This document shows, in pieces, positions 50,004-62,844 of a stretch of DNA of 64,000 nt (the stretch's first letter is position 1; each line of letters starts with the position of its first letter). The translations under genes were made by a program, and so were the position numbers. Source of the DNA: Bigelowiella natans CCMP2755. Lineage: Eukaryota; Protista; Cercozoa. The stretch is from positions 1 to 64,000 of the forward strand of contig ADNK01000979.1 of the NCBI GenBank assembly GCA_000320545.1, in the 5' to 3' direction. The notes beneath the pieces are model-generated. The model saw only the letters and a program-made list of their open reading frames with translations, was not told the origin of the DNA and made no database searches.

Positions 50004-51211
50004 TTATTTGAGCTTTTTCTTCTTCCTTTTCTTGGTTGATGTCGGTGTTGCACTGGCAGACGATTCTGGTAGGATGCAAGAACGATGAAGGCAATTAGAG
50101 CAATAACCCATTAGATTTTTCGAAGTTTTGTAGGAGAGAGCAGAGGATAGAATTGGACTTCGAAGAAAGTGTGATTCAATTTACTATACATATATATATA
50201 TATGCGCGCGCGTGTGTATTCACGTGAATATATCATTCATCCAGCGTTATCTTGATCACCTGTCGACTGCTGTCTCTTTTTCTGAGCAGCAGCTTTCTTT
50301 TTGTTGTTGTTGTTCTTCTTCTTCTTGCTACTCATGCCAGACAAAGAGGAATCGGCAGTTGTGGAAGGAATAGAACTTGCGTCGTCATTAATTACTTTCA
50401 GATACGTCGAGGAGTTCCAAGAAAGGAGGTCTCGCTGATCCATTTTCATTGCCTAATAATTTGGGTAAAAAACGTCATCAATATTACCGCTATTATTATT
50501 ATTATAATTATTATTATTATTATTATTCATCACTTTTGGTGACAATGGGTTCATTTGCAGCTTCTTTCTCCACATGCATAAGCCAGCTTCATTGGTTTTG
50601 TGCTTTACCTCTTCTGATAAATACTGTTGAATTTGCTTCGATTGTTGCTGTTGTTGTCCTTGTTGCAGGATGGGTTCATGATTCAATCCCTCGTTCCCTC
50701 CCTTCATTTCTAAAATGAGCCGATCTCGCAGTCCTTCGTCTTGCTCCTCCAAGGCGTTCTGCCCATTCTAAACCGAAAAAGAACATCAATGTTGCAATTC
50801 ATTGCGCTATATCATCCTAAAAGGGGCTTTAAATTTCGCGGATTTATACATTTAGAGTCGCTTTTGCCCTGCGCGACATCACAATCCAATAATAAGTAGC
50901 ATCTTCGATATTGTCAGTATGAATATATAATTTGTTGCTTCGAATAAATGGTTTTTATGTTCCTCAGAGACCACGCCCTTGCTAACCCCCTCCCCCTCTC
51001 CTCTCTCCCCTTCCGACCTCTTTTGATATGAGTAGGCGCATGAGGGAATCGTACCTATTCGTACGCACAAAATCCAAACGACGACATCAAATCAACGATA
51101 AATTTCAGAGGTAGGAGGAGCAATGGTGGGAGTAGCAAGTAGCAGTAGAGAAGTTCTTTTAAAAATGAAAGAAACTTTGGATTGACAGTACTGAGGGCAT
51201 CGTTGACTTGT

Positions 51212-51254
<43 letters not shown>

Positions 51255-54200
51255 ACTAACATTAATAGTAATTTGTCGCAGAGAGGCACTCATCAGCAAT
51301 GCTCTCGTTGTATTCAATCAACAACTATTTAAGCAAACAAAGATGTGCTTTCTCTTCCTCCTCCTCCTCCTCCTCCTCCTCCCTGTTGTTAGTGTTGGAT
51401 ATGTTGTGATTACATCTTGTGGACGTCGACTAGGAGGTGGCTCGGAGAATCAAGCAGCTTCCAAACCGTCGCATCCTTCTGTTTTGCCGCTGTGTGTTTC
51501 TCAGTTGTCGAGGAGGAGGAGGAGGGGCGCAGCAGCATCTCTTCCCCATCTCTCTTGCTCCCAGCAGCAGCTTTTTTCCTGCTGCCACTACGACCCCCCC
51601 CCCCCCCTCCCCCATAGATGTCTTCGAAGATCGAAGATCTTTTCCCCCGAGCAAGCTTCTGCTGCTGCTGTGATATCGACAACACAGCAGCGCCTTCCCC
51701 AGAGCCATCATCATCTACCGATATTCTATCCTCGTCGCCGTCTTTGACTTCATCCTTTGGACGTGGACCCCCTCCAAACCCGTGCATCGTCCTCAACTCG
51801 AAGAGATCGTTGATATAGACCAAAACAGGCCATTCTGTCCTGCTCCGCGGTGTGACAAAGCACATTCGCCCTTGGTGCTTAACGTGCGGCACCCAAGCTA
51901 TGCGAAGAGGCCTTAGTTGCCCGCTGCTGCTGCTGCCTCGATCGCTACAATCAAACTCTAGGATGGCCCCAGCCGATGCGGATGATGATGGTGGTGGTGG
52001 TGGTGGTGATGATGACATGCCGCTTGGGGAGGCATTGCTGTTTTTAGCATTATTCCTTGTGCCTTTATTCGCCTTTTGTATCTTACCATTCTTCTTGCTA
52101 GTCTTCCCTGCTGCTGCTGCTGCTGCAACCGCCACCTTGTTCTTCGTTGGCGTCGTCTTAGCCATAATTACGAAACGGGGCCCGGAGACAGACGACCACG
52201 AAGAGCCTGCGCTGGGGGGGATGAGGACTTGAGAGATACGCAAACCAGGTAAAATAGACTTCTCGTGCAATGGCGAGAGGGTGATGAGATCCCACACGAC
52301 GAGGCGCGACTTTGTGCAGGAAACGAGGTACTTCGATACAATCCCGACGCACAGGACGCGTTCGCTTGGAGCCCCCATGGAGAGGGTGTTGAGGAGGGTT
52401 AGGTTACTCTTCGCATCCCACAGTGTCAGAATCTGGCCATACGATATGCACAGAATGGAACCGTCCTGGCTGCAGCACATTGTCTTCGCAGGGTATGAAT
52501 CCTTGAACTCCCCTCCGTCTACCCCCTTCCATATTACGCTGCTACTGCTCGAAGAACCCAGTCCCAAGGCACGAGATTCTGTTTCGGATAGAGAGGGCTG
52601 CCCTGCCCACCTTTTGAATGTATTATCGTCCGCGAGAGTCACTAAAACAGGGGTGGTAGAGCCACCCCCCGAAGAACGAGGATTTGTGGATGACGGAGAA
52701 GCAGAGAGGGGCTGGAACATGATTTCAATGATTTTGCCCTTGTGTGGGCTCCGTATGGTTGTTATGAGGGTAAAGCCAGATCGAGATTTGGAGGAGGAGG
52801 AGGAGGAGGAGGAGGAGGAGGAGGAGCGTCTATGCTGCCGCTGCTGCTGCTGCTGCTGCTGCTGAGGGCTATTTCGACACCACAACTTGAGTGTGCTCTC
52901 CATTCCCAAGCGATGATCACTAATGCTTGTTTCAACGGTAGCAAGCCACACACCCTTGTTGTCCAACTCCCAGTGGTCAATGCACTCAGAAGCAGTCAAC
53001 ACGCGCTCCTTGCTTTCCTGCTTTTCTGTGCGAGAGACTTGTGCTCGCATAGAAATGCTGATTTCGGAGGCATGACGGCCGATCATTCCGCCCGGAGCAC
53101 TCCATAATGGATCGAAGAATTGAAGCCTTCCAGGCACTCCTCGACAAATGACGAGGTTATCCCGATTGTCCACTTTCAGACACTCGGTGCGGCCGCCAAC
53201 GCCTCCTTCCTCCCGCTCCCCAGGGAGGGTGTGCGCAAGTGCCAGTCCCTTGACATACAAAAACGGCTTTGATTCGACTGCGTTGATGAAGAGAAGGGAG
53301 TTGTCCCTCATCGTGAGTGCATAGGTTTGTGAATCTGGTGCTAACGTGATGTGGTTGATCACGGAGCCCAATCGGGGCAGGTATTGGCGGTATTTTGTCT
53401 CGAGCTGCCATATCACCAGTACAGCTTCCTCCCCCCCTGTGTACATGTAGGTCCCGTCCTGGCTGAACGCAATGGCATGCACAGCATGCGCGTGCCAGTG
53501 TAGAAAGCTCGTGGCGTAAGATTTATCGTCGAAGAAATTGTACCAGAAGACAACCCTTCCCATCTGATTCCCCGTAGCGATGAAGGAGGGGAAAAGAGGG
53601 TGGAACGTCAACGCCGTGACTTTCGATGACATCGTTCGGTTTCGGATCTCAGGATTGTGGTAGCGAAAACGGGGAGGGGATTGATTTGTGTCGATGAGGT
53701 TACAGGCCGAAAGACAACGGTGGTAAGCAACTGCAAGGATGGAACGAGACGAATCAATAGCGAGGAAGTTATTCCCCCTCCCTCTCAAAATCGTTTTCAG
53801 CAGTGCGTTGCCCTGCCCAAAGCGGAGCTCTGCGCACATCACACTGAACGGTGTTAATTCTCTAATCGGGGCTGTCGGGTCAGCATGCAATTCCATTTCT
53901 GTCGTTTTGTTGGACCCGTTATTAGCAGCGGTTGTTCCTCCTTTTCTGGACTTCCTCTGTTTTCCCTGCTTGCCAGTTGTTTCAAACTCATCTCCTGTCA
54001 CAGTGACATAGAGTACAAAATCTGGCTTTCCCTTATTCTTTCGCCGCTTCTTCTTGCTCTGCCCATTCTCTTCGACATCCTTAATTTGGCCGTTTGAGGA
54101 TGATAATTGCTTTTCATCACTGTCGAGAGCTCTTTTGCTGCCTGGTTGTGAGAAGCCTCTGGCATGCGCTAATACCATTCGTTGGATCGGCAGTGCACAG

Positions 54201-54705
54201 GACTCCGCTTTGTTCTTCTTCTTCTTGTTGTTGTTGTTGCGGTTTGTGCATGCCTATTATCAAGGAGGAGGGATGATTATCATGGATTTTTGTTTGGGGG
54301 GTTGGATTTGCCAAAAACGATAGTGAGCAACAAGACGACAGACAGGAAAAATTACAGGCATCTAGTATGAGAACAACACTTTACCTTCCACGTACACAAG
54401 CACGATTCTTCCGTATAATCCCAGAGCTTGATGCATCCATCTAGCGCGCAGGTCAGTATTTGAAACCTGTTGATGGGGTTGAGCATTATGCCCGTGATTT
54501 TCTGCGTGTGCCCCTGAAGTGACCCCAGCGGTGAGGAGCTCCCATGGGCATGTATTCTAACAAAGCGACCAGCCGCCACGAAAAAGAACTTCGAGTCATG
54601 GGAGTAAACAATTGGGTGTTCGTGGATCACGCCTCCAGAACTGCGAACTCCTTCATCCGAAAGTAGGTTTACGACTGACTCAGCAGAGCCCGTGTGAGTG
54701 TCCAT
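50004..54705 (-). CDS. WDR75: WDR75/UTP17 (NAN1) SSU processome WD40 protein, multi-exon
   Basis: N-terminal GG...PIVYSHDSKFFF and LQGHTQKITGI. Diagnostic LHWHAHAVHAIAFSQDGTYMYTGGEEAVLVIWQLETKYRQYLPRLG. LLDSPSHLL motif and basic KKRKKKK tail. Confidence 0.88.
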
Positions 54706-56246
54706 TGTCGATCGGCAACTCGCAGCAAACGCGATTGATACACTCACGAGCACCTATGCACCCACATAAAGTTGATGATTAAACCTAAATTCTGATCAAA
54801 TATCATCTCGAAGACGCTCACCGAGTGAGAAGTGGCATGATAATTCCCGGAACAGGGTGGACGGGGTGGGCCGCCTTCGTGTAGGCCCTTCGGCGGTGCT
54901 GTCTGACTGCTTGCTCCGACGATAAAATCGGGCTGTTCGGTAGTGCCCGGGTTTCGTTTCAAGTGTTGTCGCGATGTAGTAAACCCAGGAGAAATACATG
55001 GAAATTTGAGAGGCCCACCAAGGAGCAAAAAGGTTCAGTTGTTGGCGAAATATCACCGAAATGCAGGCCAATTCCAGGATCGTAGTTCTGTCGCCGAGAC
55101 CCTACGAGTTAACCCGCTGCGATCGGCTTCCGAAAGGGATGCGGGCCGTCCCGCCCCTTCTCCGCGCGATCTCAGGGGTGCACAGGGTTCACCTAATTGC
55201 CGTTGTACTGATCACTGTAGGGACAATCGCTTCAATGGCCATGGTTTCTGAACTGCCGGTAAATCAGTTGAAATGGCCCCCTTTGCGCTGGAGCGTTGAT
55301 GAACTAGCATGTCAGGTTGTGAGGTCGACGTCGCCCAGAATAGCAACAGAAGGGCTGGAAGTATCTAGAGAGCAATTTCCTAAGAGGTATGAATTCCCTT
55401 TCTGAAGTCGAGTTTATACATCATCACTCCTTGACTGTGTGCGCATAGTAGAAAGTATCAGCTTTTGGCCCGCCGCATAAGAGGAGGCAGCTATTTTGTA
55501 GACAATGACTACCAAAGGGTAAATTGGAATCAGGTACCATAATCAAGTCACGAAAGACTTTTCCTCTCAGTGAAGTTGTTCTACCTAAATGTAGGTTATG
55601 CATAACGATGCAATTCAAAAGTACATGGATGAGGTGCGTTCTTCTATACATATCATTTTTGCTTCAACCACTTCCTAAGAGCAGGAGAGATGTTGATAGA
55701 AGACAGAATGCAATGAATATTAATGAAATTATACAATTTATTGTGGCATCTAAACTTAGGAACATGTCCTCGAGTTAGACGCCAAGGTAGCAGCAATCGT
55801 TGCCTTTGTCGTCGCCGTTGTCATCACGATTAAACCTTCTTTCTAAATGATCTTGTCCTTTTGTTTCGTGAAAGTGTAAGTGGATCGAGCACCCTTTTAA
55901 AAACTATACGTGGATCCAAAAGTAAGAATAAAAATAGCTTCAGCCACAATTGTGCACGAGCTTAAAGCTTCATTCGATGATGGATCTATTTCTCAAAATC
56001 CAGGACGGAAGACCGGGAGGCTTTCGTGGAAATATATGGTTCTGTTCCTTTTACCCCCTTTCCTCTTATTGTGTAAGAGATAGTAGAGTAACTTTGCTGA
56101 CAACGAGTTGGTTTCAGTACCGTTGGAACATTGGATGCAACGGTCGCAGTTAGACGTAAACATCGGAATCAGAAGTGTCAAGGTTACGGTCTTCCCTCGC
56201 GAGCCTTCTCAGGGCCAAAACATGACGGTAGTAGAAGTTATAGTTA

Positions 56247-56279
<33 letters not shown>

Positions 56280-57485
56280 CAGCAGCAGTAGTTGTGGTAA
56301 CAGCACCAAAGCAGAGGCTAGCACCATGCATTGCAGCACCAGCACCAGCAGTATTGGTGTCAATTGGAGTTGGCACGATTTTTGTTCGATTTATTCCCTG
56401 AATTTTGAAAGTAGTACGATTTCATCAGATATTAGAAGGCAAACTAGATGGCCTTATAGATAAGGAGGATGGGTACGACGTCCAGGACAAAATGCACAGA
56501 AAATAAGAAAAATGATAATAAGAAGAAGAGAGAAGAAAAAGAAGAAGAAGACTGCATACAAACGTTCAATTCATTATTTTAAATTGTTTCATGAGCTGGA
56601 GCAATACTTTTCATGAAGGGCGTCGTACTGGACAATAGAGTACTTTAAATATAAGCGTTGTGTCAAGGTACCATCTATTGATTAAAGTTCGAATAGATTG
56701 TAGAAGGTGTACTTTAAACACTAATAGATTTGTTTCGTTGAATTCTTTTGGCAAAGGCTAGCAATCAATAAATTTCCAAAACTTTAGTTAATCTGGAATG
56801 CTCCACAAATTTTTTACATCGTCCTAATAGCACATGTATTTCTCTCAGATAGCGCTGAAGAAGAGCGACCCTCATACATGGGACTTCTGCTTCAAAAAGT
56901 TAGTTGATCGAAGATATCACGGACAGGCACAAAATCACGTTTCTTTCATTCAACTTAGGTATCCCGAGTATGTAAATGGAACGAACCGAAACTGCGAACA
57001 TCAAGCAGGGGTTATTATCTACACAACCTCGCTCGTACGGATTTAAGTGATTTTGTAATATATATTTTAGCTTTTCAAGGAAATGCCAGTTGGAACCTAC
57101 GATGAAGTTGTTAGTCAATCACGGGAATTGCTCATGGGGCCTAAAAAATAGTGATCTGCCTCTCCCCCAGCTCACTAGATATTTCTCCAGACCCTAGCGA
57201 AGCGGCGATCCTAGCTTATTTCAATAGGCAAATACATGTGATTTTTTTTTGCCTCTTTCTTTGAATCAAGTTCTATGTTACCAACGCACCATTGATGAAG
57301 AGCTGCATACTTGTCTGTGAGGGTAGCGGGACTTTCTCGTCGAGATGCGTCAATGATTGATTTTGAACTTCCATAGGGGGAGAAATTATATATGGAGCTT
57401 AGAGGGGTGTAAGTTGTGGCAGAGAAATAGAGAATAACTTGATGACCGGGAATTACAACATCCATTCTGGTTGGTCTTAGAGCCA

Positions 57486-57530
57486 TAAAGGCTATAAGCG
57501 TAAAGGCTATAAGCGTAAATGCTATAAGTG
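57486..57530. repeat. 15-bp tandem repeat x3
   Basis: TAAAGGCTATAAGCG twice plus TAAATGCTATAAGTG. Confidence 0.8.
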
Positions 57531-57572
57531 GTGGATCTTCCGCAATAGCTTGCAGCAATAAAACACAGTGAT

Positions 57573-57652
57573 ACCACACCATCTAGCCATGCCTACTATG
57601 CTAGAAGTGCAGGATTAAGGCTACAAATATTTGCATGGCTAGATGGCGTAGT
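57573..57652. repeat. Short element with 20-bp imperfect inverted repeats
   Basis: ACCACACCATCTAGCCATGC (57573-57592) versus GCATGGCTAGATGGCGTAGT (57633-57652); 14-bp perfect core. Confidence 0.55.
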
Positions 57653-58244
57653 AGGGCGCACGCTACGCTAGCACGCACTACTAGTAGTGTAGCTCAACAT
57701 GTTGCATATATATGCAAGCAAATGAAGCTTTGGTGTAGAAAGCGGTAGTACATGTAATGTACGTGTGCGCACTGGTAGCTAGGTAGGCTTGCTAGCTTGT
57801 GTCTATACCCATGTGCTTACGTACATGCACGGCGTGCTGCAAAAACACGTCAGCGCAGGCTAGCAGGCCTGCCTAGCTGCAGCTGATCTAGCTGATTCGA
57901 TGTGAGCGCGAGTAGCACATACATATATTCATAGCATGTCATTTACATAAGGTGGTGGAAATGTATACTTGCATGTGCAATAATTAACATTGCATAACAT
58001 ATTTGATCTTTAGCCAGCCCTACCGCTGGTGCAACGCGATATATACAATGCAACACTCCAAACAAGAATAAATCCCAGTTGGACATTATGCACATAATAA
58101 CTATTGCTGTTTCAATCATGTATGGCATGTTGAACTATGCAGTACGTATTACTAAGAGTCGTTTACCCGAAATGTCCATCATTACAAGGAGGTTTGTACA
58201 AAATCGGTGGGCTTGTCACTGAGACTTCTATTACTGAGGCAGTT

Positions 58245-59223
58245 TTACACCACTCGGATTGGTTCGGTTTTCGATCTGCTTTCGCTCTCCGAAACTCTTG
58301 TCACCTGTCAACCATCTGTACATTCCGAATCTGCAACAACATAATAATCAGCGCTAGCCATGTATTGAGTAATAGGATCTACCATTTTTCTCACTCTCTC
58401 CAGCTGTTCCTTGCTTCCACCCATACAGGAATCTGGGGTGTATGGCGGTGATAGCTTCATGTCGTCGAATATGGCGATATTTTTGCCTTCCCATCTCACC
58501 GATTGCGGAAATCTGTTATTCGGTGGCATAATTGTCAGTAATCAAAATAAGAGGTATCTGAGTGTAAATACATCTTCTCCAATTTGTTGAAGATGAGCTG
58601 CGCCTTCGGTGGAATTCCAACTCCGATCTTCATAGCCTCTTTCTTTCGCTCTCTCAGAGCATTATCTTCCCTTTTCTTAACAGCTTCAATTTTCACTGCC
58701 AATTTTCCTCTTGGAATATTGGTTGTACTTTTCTTCAGCACTCTTACCCCCCTAATACATATCGTGTTAGTCGCCAGTTCATTCGTATCGGTAGCATGTA
58801 TTTCCATTTTTAAAAAAAAAACTTACTCGATATTGTGCAGTGAAATAAAGACTATTTTCTTTTCTCCTAAATCTGTTAAAATCGATTTCGTAAGAATCCA
58901 TGTCGGTAACAAAAGCAAAATAAATACGTAACCTAGTACGACACAGCCAGTTTTTGAATCGATACAATCTACAGTTCCCTGAAATTTCCCATGCCTAGTA
59001 CTTATCTGGACAGTCGAGCCAAATACCAGTTGCTGCGCAAGAAGTTCTTTCTGTATTATTAACAAATAAGTACGATTTTAAATTTTTTCTCCCGCTTACA
59101 GTGGTGAAGAAAATATTTTTTCCTATCTCTCATCTCTTTCACCATCTTCCTCTCTCACATTCACCCTCTCTCTCTTATTCCTGTTCATCTCACCCGGCTT
59201 AGTTGAGCCTCCAGATGTGCCAT
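58245..59223 (-). CDS. LSM12: LSM12-like protein (LSm + anticodon-binding AD domain), multi-exon
   Basis: FGSTVQISTRHGKFQGTVDCID (LSm fold). KIGVGIPPKAQLIFNKLEK and VRWEGKNIAIFDDMKLSPPYTPDSC...LERVRKM (AD domain). Confidence 0.8.
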
Positions 59224-59537
59224 TCTGGGGTTGCTACTTTTCTTCGTCGACGCAGTTGAAACCTGTTGTGAGCGGGAGAGCAGCTTTACAGGTCCCGCTA
59301 CTGCGACAACCTATTTTGATCGGCGCTGGGTGAATATTCATGTTATTTTTACAAATTATTGCGGAAAGAAGACCTTCCGTTGTATTCGTGTAAAATAAAG
59401 CCCTTTTTGGGGGAAAATCCTTGGGGTTTGATGCTGAAAGCAACAAGACTCAGTTTATTTTTCCTCGGAGAATAATCGCAAATCCCATCTGCTCGTAAGA
59501 CGCTGCCTGCTCAGACCGTGCTCCCCCCGCTGAAGAT

Positions 59538-61158
59538 ATGGATGGATGGTCGGATATGGAAAGTGGGTATGGTTGGGCGAAAGCGGGATGCTTCGATGTT
59601 TATAACAAGCAAAGGTATTCACTTTTTTAATGTTCCGAAATGATCTTGATTGGATACATGCAACAGTGCAAGAACGAATGTAAATGAGAAGGCTCATGAA
59701 AGGGAACTTCAAGAATTCATGGTTAGCAGAGATAAGAAAGCTGCAACAGATAAAGCTTCCTGGTTTAAGAAGCGCAAACGAAAAAGGAAAAGTAAAAAGG
59801 ATGAAAGGACATCAAGAGCGAAATATAAAAGCCTTAAGCTTAAACCGAAGGGGAAATCCGCTGAGTTTAGGATGCTTAAAAAAGCAGACACTTCCTCTAC
59901 CTCTGGATTTTCTAAGGAAACAAAAAAGAAAGGAAAAACTGAAACCATAGAGCTTCTAAGTGACTCCGATGACGAACACGAGAGTAGTTATATCCCCTCC
60001 TGCGATCGAGCCAGTTTCTCTGCGCACCTAACATTTTGGGGCACTTTAAAAAGTGGTAAAGCGACCATTCAGTATTTTCCCGAATATTTGAAGATCCAAT
60101 TTAAAATGAGGTCATCAATATCAATTTTCTACAAAGATGTGCAAGAATACTGTGTAAATAAAACGTCGGCACCTTTCTGGGTCGCAATTCGGTGGTCAGG
60201 ATCTGAACATGGAGAGCACTATGATCCATCGAGCCATAAGACCTTAAAGAGATATATTCTTCTTTTTTTCGAGGGAAACGATTACAAGGCAACTATCTAC
60301 AATAAAATCGAACGGAAAATTAATATAAGCTACCTACGAGAACATAAAATTGTTCCAAAATCTGTCGAAATTAAGGAATTTTCAAAGTATGGAGTGACTA
60401 AACAGAGAATTTCGATCGCCCGAAGATCGCCTGAGCATTCCGATTTTCTCGTCAAGTATGGACCAGATGCTAATGATACGATTGTGATAACGTCTGATGA
60501 CATACAAAGACTAGAACCTGGTGAATTTCTCAACGATACTCTTATTGACTTTTACATGAAATTCATTTACCATGACATTTTTAGTGCTTTAGAAAGGACT
60601 AGGGTTCATTTTTTCAACTCATTTTTCTTCACGAAATATCGTGATAGTAAACCGGGTGTGCGCTATCAAAGTGTCAAAAAATGGACAAAGTATGACATCT
60701 TCAGGAAGAAATTCATTGTAATTCCAATAAATGATAGTTTGCACTGGAGTCTCGTTGTAGTTTGTTATCTTGGAAGTTTATTGGGCTACGGGAGCGAAAA
60801 CCATAAGCTTAAAGCTCCAACCCCTTGTATGTTATATTTTGATTCTATGCTCACTAAAGGGGCCTCAAAACGTTTCTGTCCGTTGCTTCGAGCGTATTTA
60901 CACTCAGAAATCAAACGGAAGAAGGATAGAAACATCAGTATTACCGAGGAAATTCTTCCAGTATACGAGATGAGGGTTCCACAGCAAGATAATTGTAGTG
61001 ATTGCGGCCTTTTCCTTTTACAATATGCAGAGTGCTTTGCAAAAAATCCATTAGTCCATGATGCAACACCGGAGCAGTGTGCAAAATGGTTTGATTCGAG
61101 AGCTGTTTCAAGCAAACGGATAAAAATGAAGCAAATATTGTATAAATTACAACAATAG
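59538..61158 (+). CDS. SENP6/7 (Ulp2)-like SUMO protease, peptidase C48
   Basis: LEPGEFLNDTLIDFY, HFFNSFF, HWSL, YFDS and QQDNCSDCG give an intact His-Asp-Cys triad. Probable first exon 59538-59614 joined in phase through a 52-nt intron. Confidence 0.92.
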
Positions 61159-61799
61159 CTATTGATCTTGGTACAATGATCTTGATGTGATGTGTCGTGA
61201 TGTGATGTGTCGCACAATGCAATAGTTCCTCTGTAGACCTCCTCACTCGCATCGCTATTACAGTTGCAAGGGAGTGATGTCATTGATGAGCGTGCAGCAC
61301 ACAAGACAGCGTGTGAAATGCAGGGAGTGCACTCATGACAGACGTGTGCAATGTGATGCATGTGCAATTTGTGTAGCATCACTGTGTCTGACAATGAATT
61401 TCATCCTAGAATCGCCATCTAGCCATGATGCTGGCATGTGCACGTCTTGTCTGGATGTGTCATACCACGCACAGTGCCAAAATGGTGGTTCATGAGCGTG
61501 TGCTGACAATGGTGGAATGGTTTTTTGATTCGCTCCGCGGTTTGCTAGTTTGTGGCTTGCTCTGCAGTCTAGCAGTCTAGCAGTGCTGGTCGGTGAAGTC
61601 AACAACTCTTTTGATGTTGCCATGGTGCTTGCAACATGCTAGCATGTGTGACCATGACTTGCTTGCACAACTCATTCAGCATTGCCACAGCTAGACAGTT
61701 CGCACACATCAATGCGATCTAGGAATGTGATCAGTGACACAGCTAGACACGCTTGTTGGCAACACATCAGGTTGGCCTTCTGGGGAAACCTGTTTGAGG

Positions 61800-62600
61800 C
61801 ATGAGATATCCATGGTGCACCACATTTCCTCTAACAAAAGGAGCGAGGGAGTTGAAAGAAGAAGGGTGCCAAATGTTCATGAGCACCTTTTCCCACATTC
61901 AGGACACGGGAACTGTTCAACTATGCCACCCCCTTCATTGTCGCCGTGGTCCCTCCTGCACCCAATTATTGTTCCATTGCTACGGAGTTGCTAGAAGCTG
62001 CCGCAATCCAGCAACTTCCTGTTCAGCTACTGAAAACTTCCCACCGCTCAATTTCAGGTCAGAGCCGAGAAGCCTGGCGCTGAGCATGGACAGGGCAGAG
62101 ATTCGCATGTGCTGTTTCTCGAGCAGGTTTTGTTGGTGTCTTTACTTCTCCCATTGCTTCTTGTTCTGAAATTTCCTCATGGTGTTACTCATATCGGCCT
62201 AATACCTATGTGTAATAAAGTCAAGAAATGCTGTGAAGGAAGAACAACTGAAAAAGCCGACATCAATTCACTCCTGACATGACGTGCAAAGGGCAATTAC
62301 GGTGTTTTTCTCCCTGATAGCACTCCCGAGCGATTCCCATCGTTTCCAAATTTATTCATTGTAGTAGCAGTACGTGTTCTGCTACTCCTCAAAGACGTCA
62401 CCGTTTTCCGCTCCTAGTTCTTGCGTCGTCGCCATCATGTGTGCATTCTTCGTCATCAACTTCGACATCTTGGTCAATATTTTCCGGTATTGCTGCAGTC
62501 TCCATGACCTCTGTAAAATGGATTGTAAAAACCTTACTATCTAGAGAAAAAGAGAGAGGGGGGGGGGGGACGGCAGCCTCGCAAGATCGGCTCATCCTCC
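61800..62600 (-). pseudogene. Decayed coiled-coil-like gene
   Basis: Minus strand reads MRKFQNKKQWEK*RHQQNLLEKQHMRISAL...SVAEQEVAGLRQLLA and ENIDQDVEVDDEE...RSGKR*, with in-frame stops. Confidence 0.35.
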
Positions 62601-62844
62601 TCGGAGTAAGGGATCCAGTACTTCGGAATATTTGGGAATAGGGTTGTTGCTAGGTTGTTGAAGCTTCTACCATTTCCCTTGTATTTTATATATGCGACAC
62701 GGGATATTCTTGTCGCTCACATACCATCCAGAAAGATACCTCATTGTGTCACTGACTGGGGATTCCCTGTCAGAAACCGTGATTTGGCGATCAGAGATAG
62801 CCTCATTCTCCAGAACATCTCGAGGAAACAGCGACTGTGAAACG

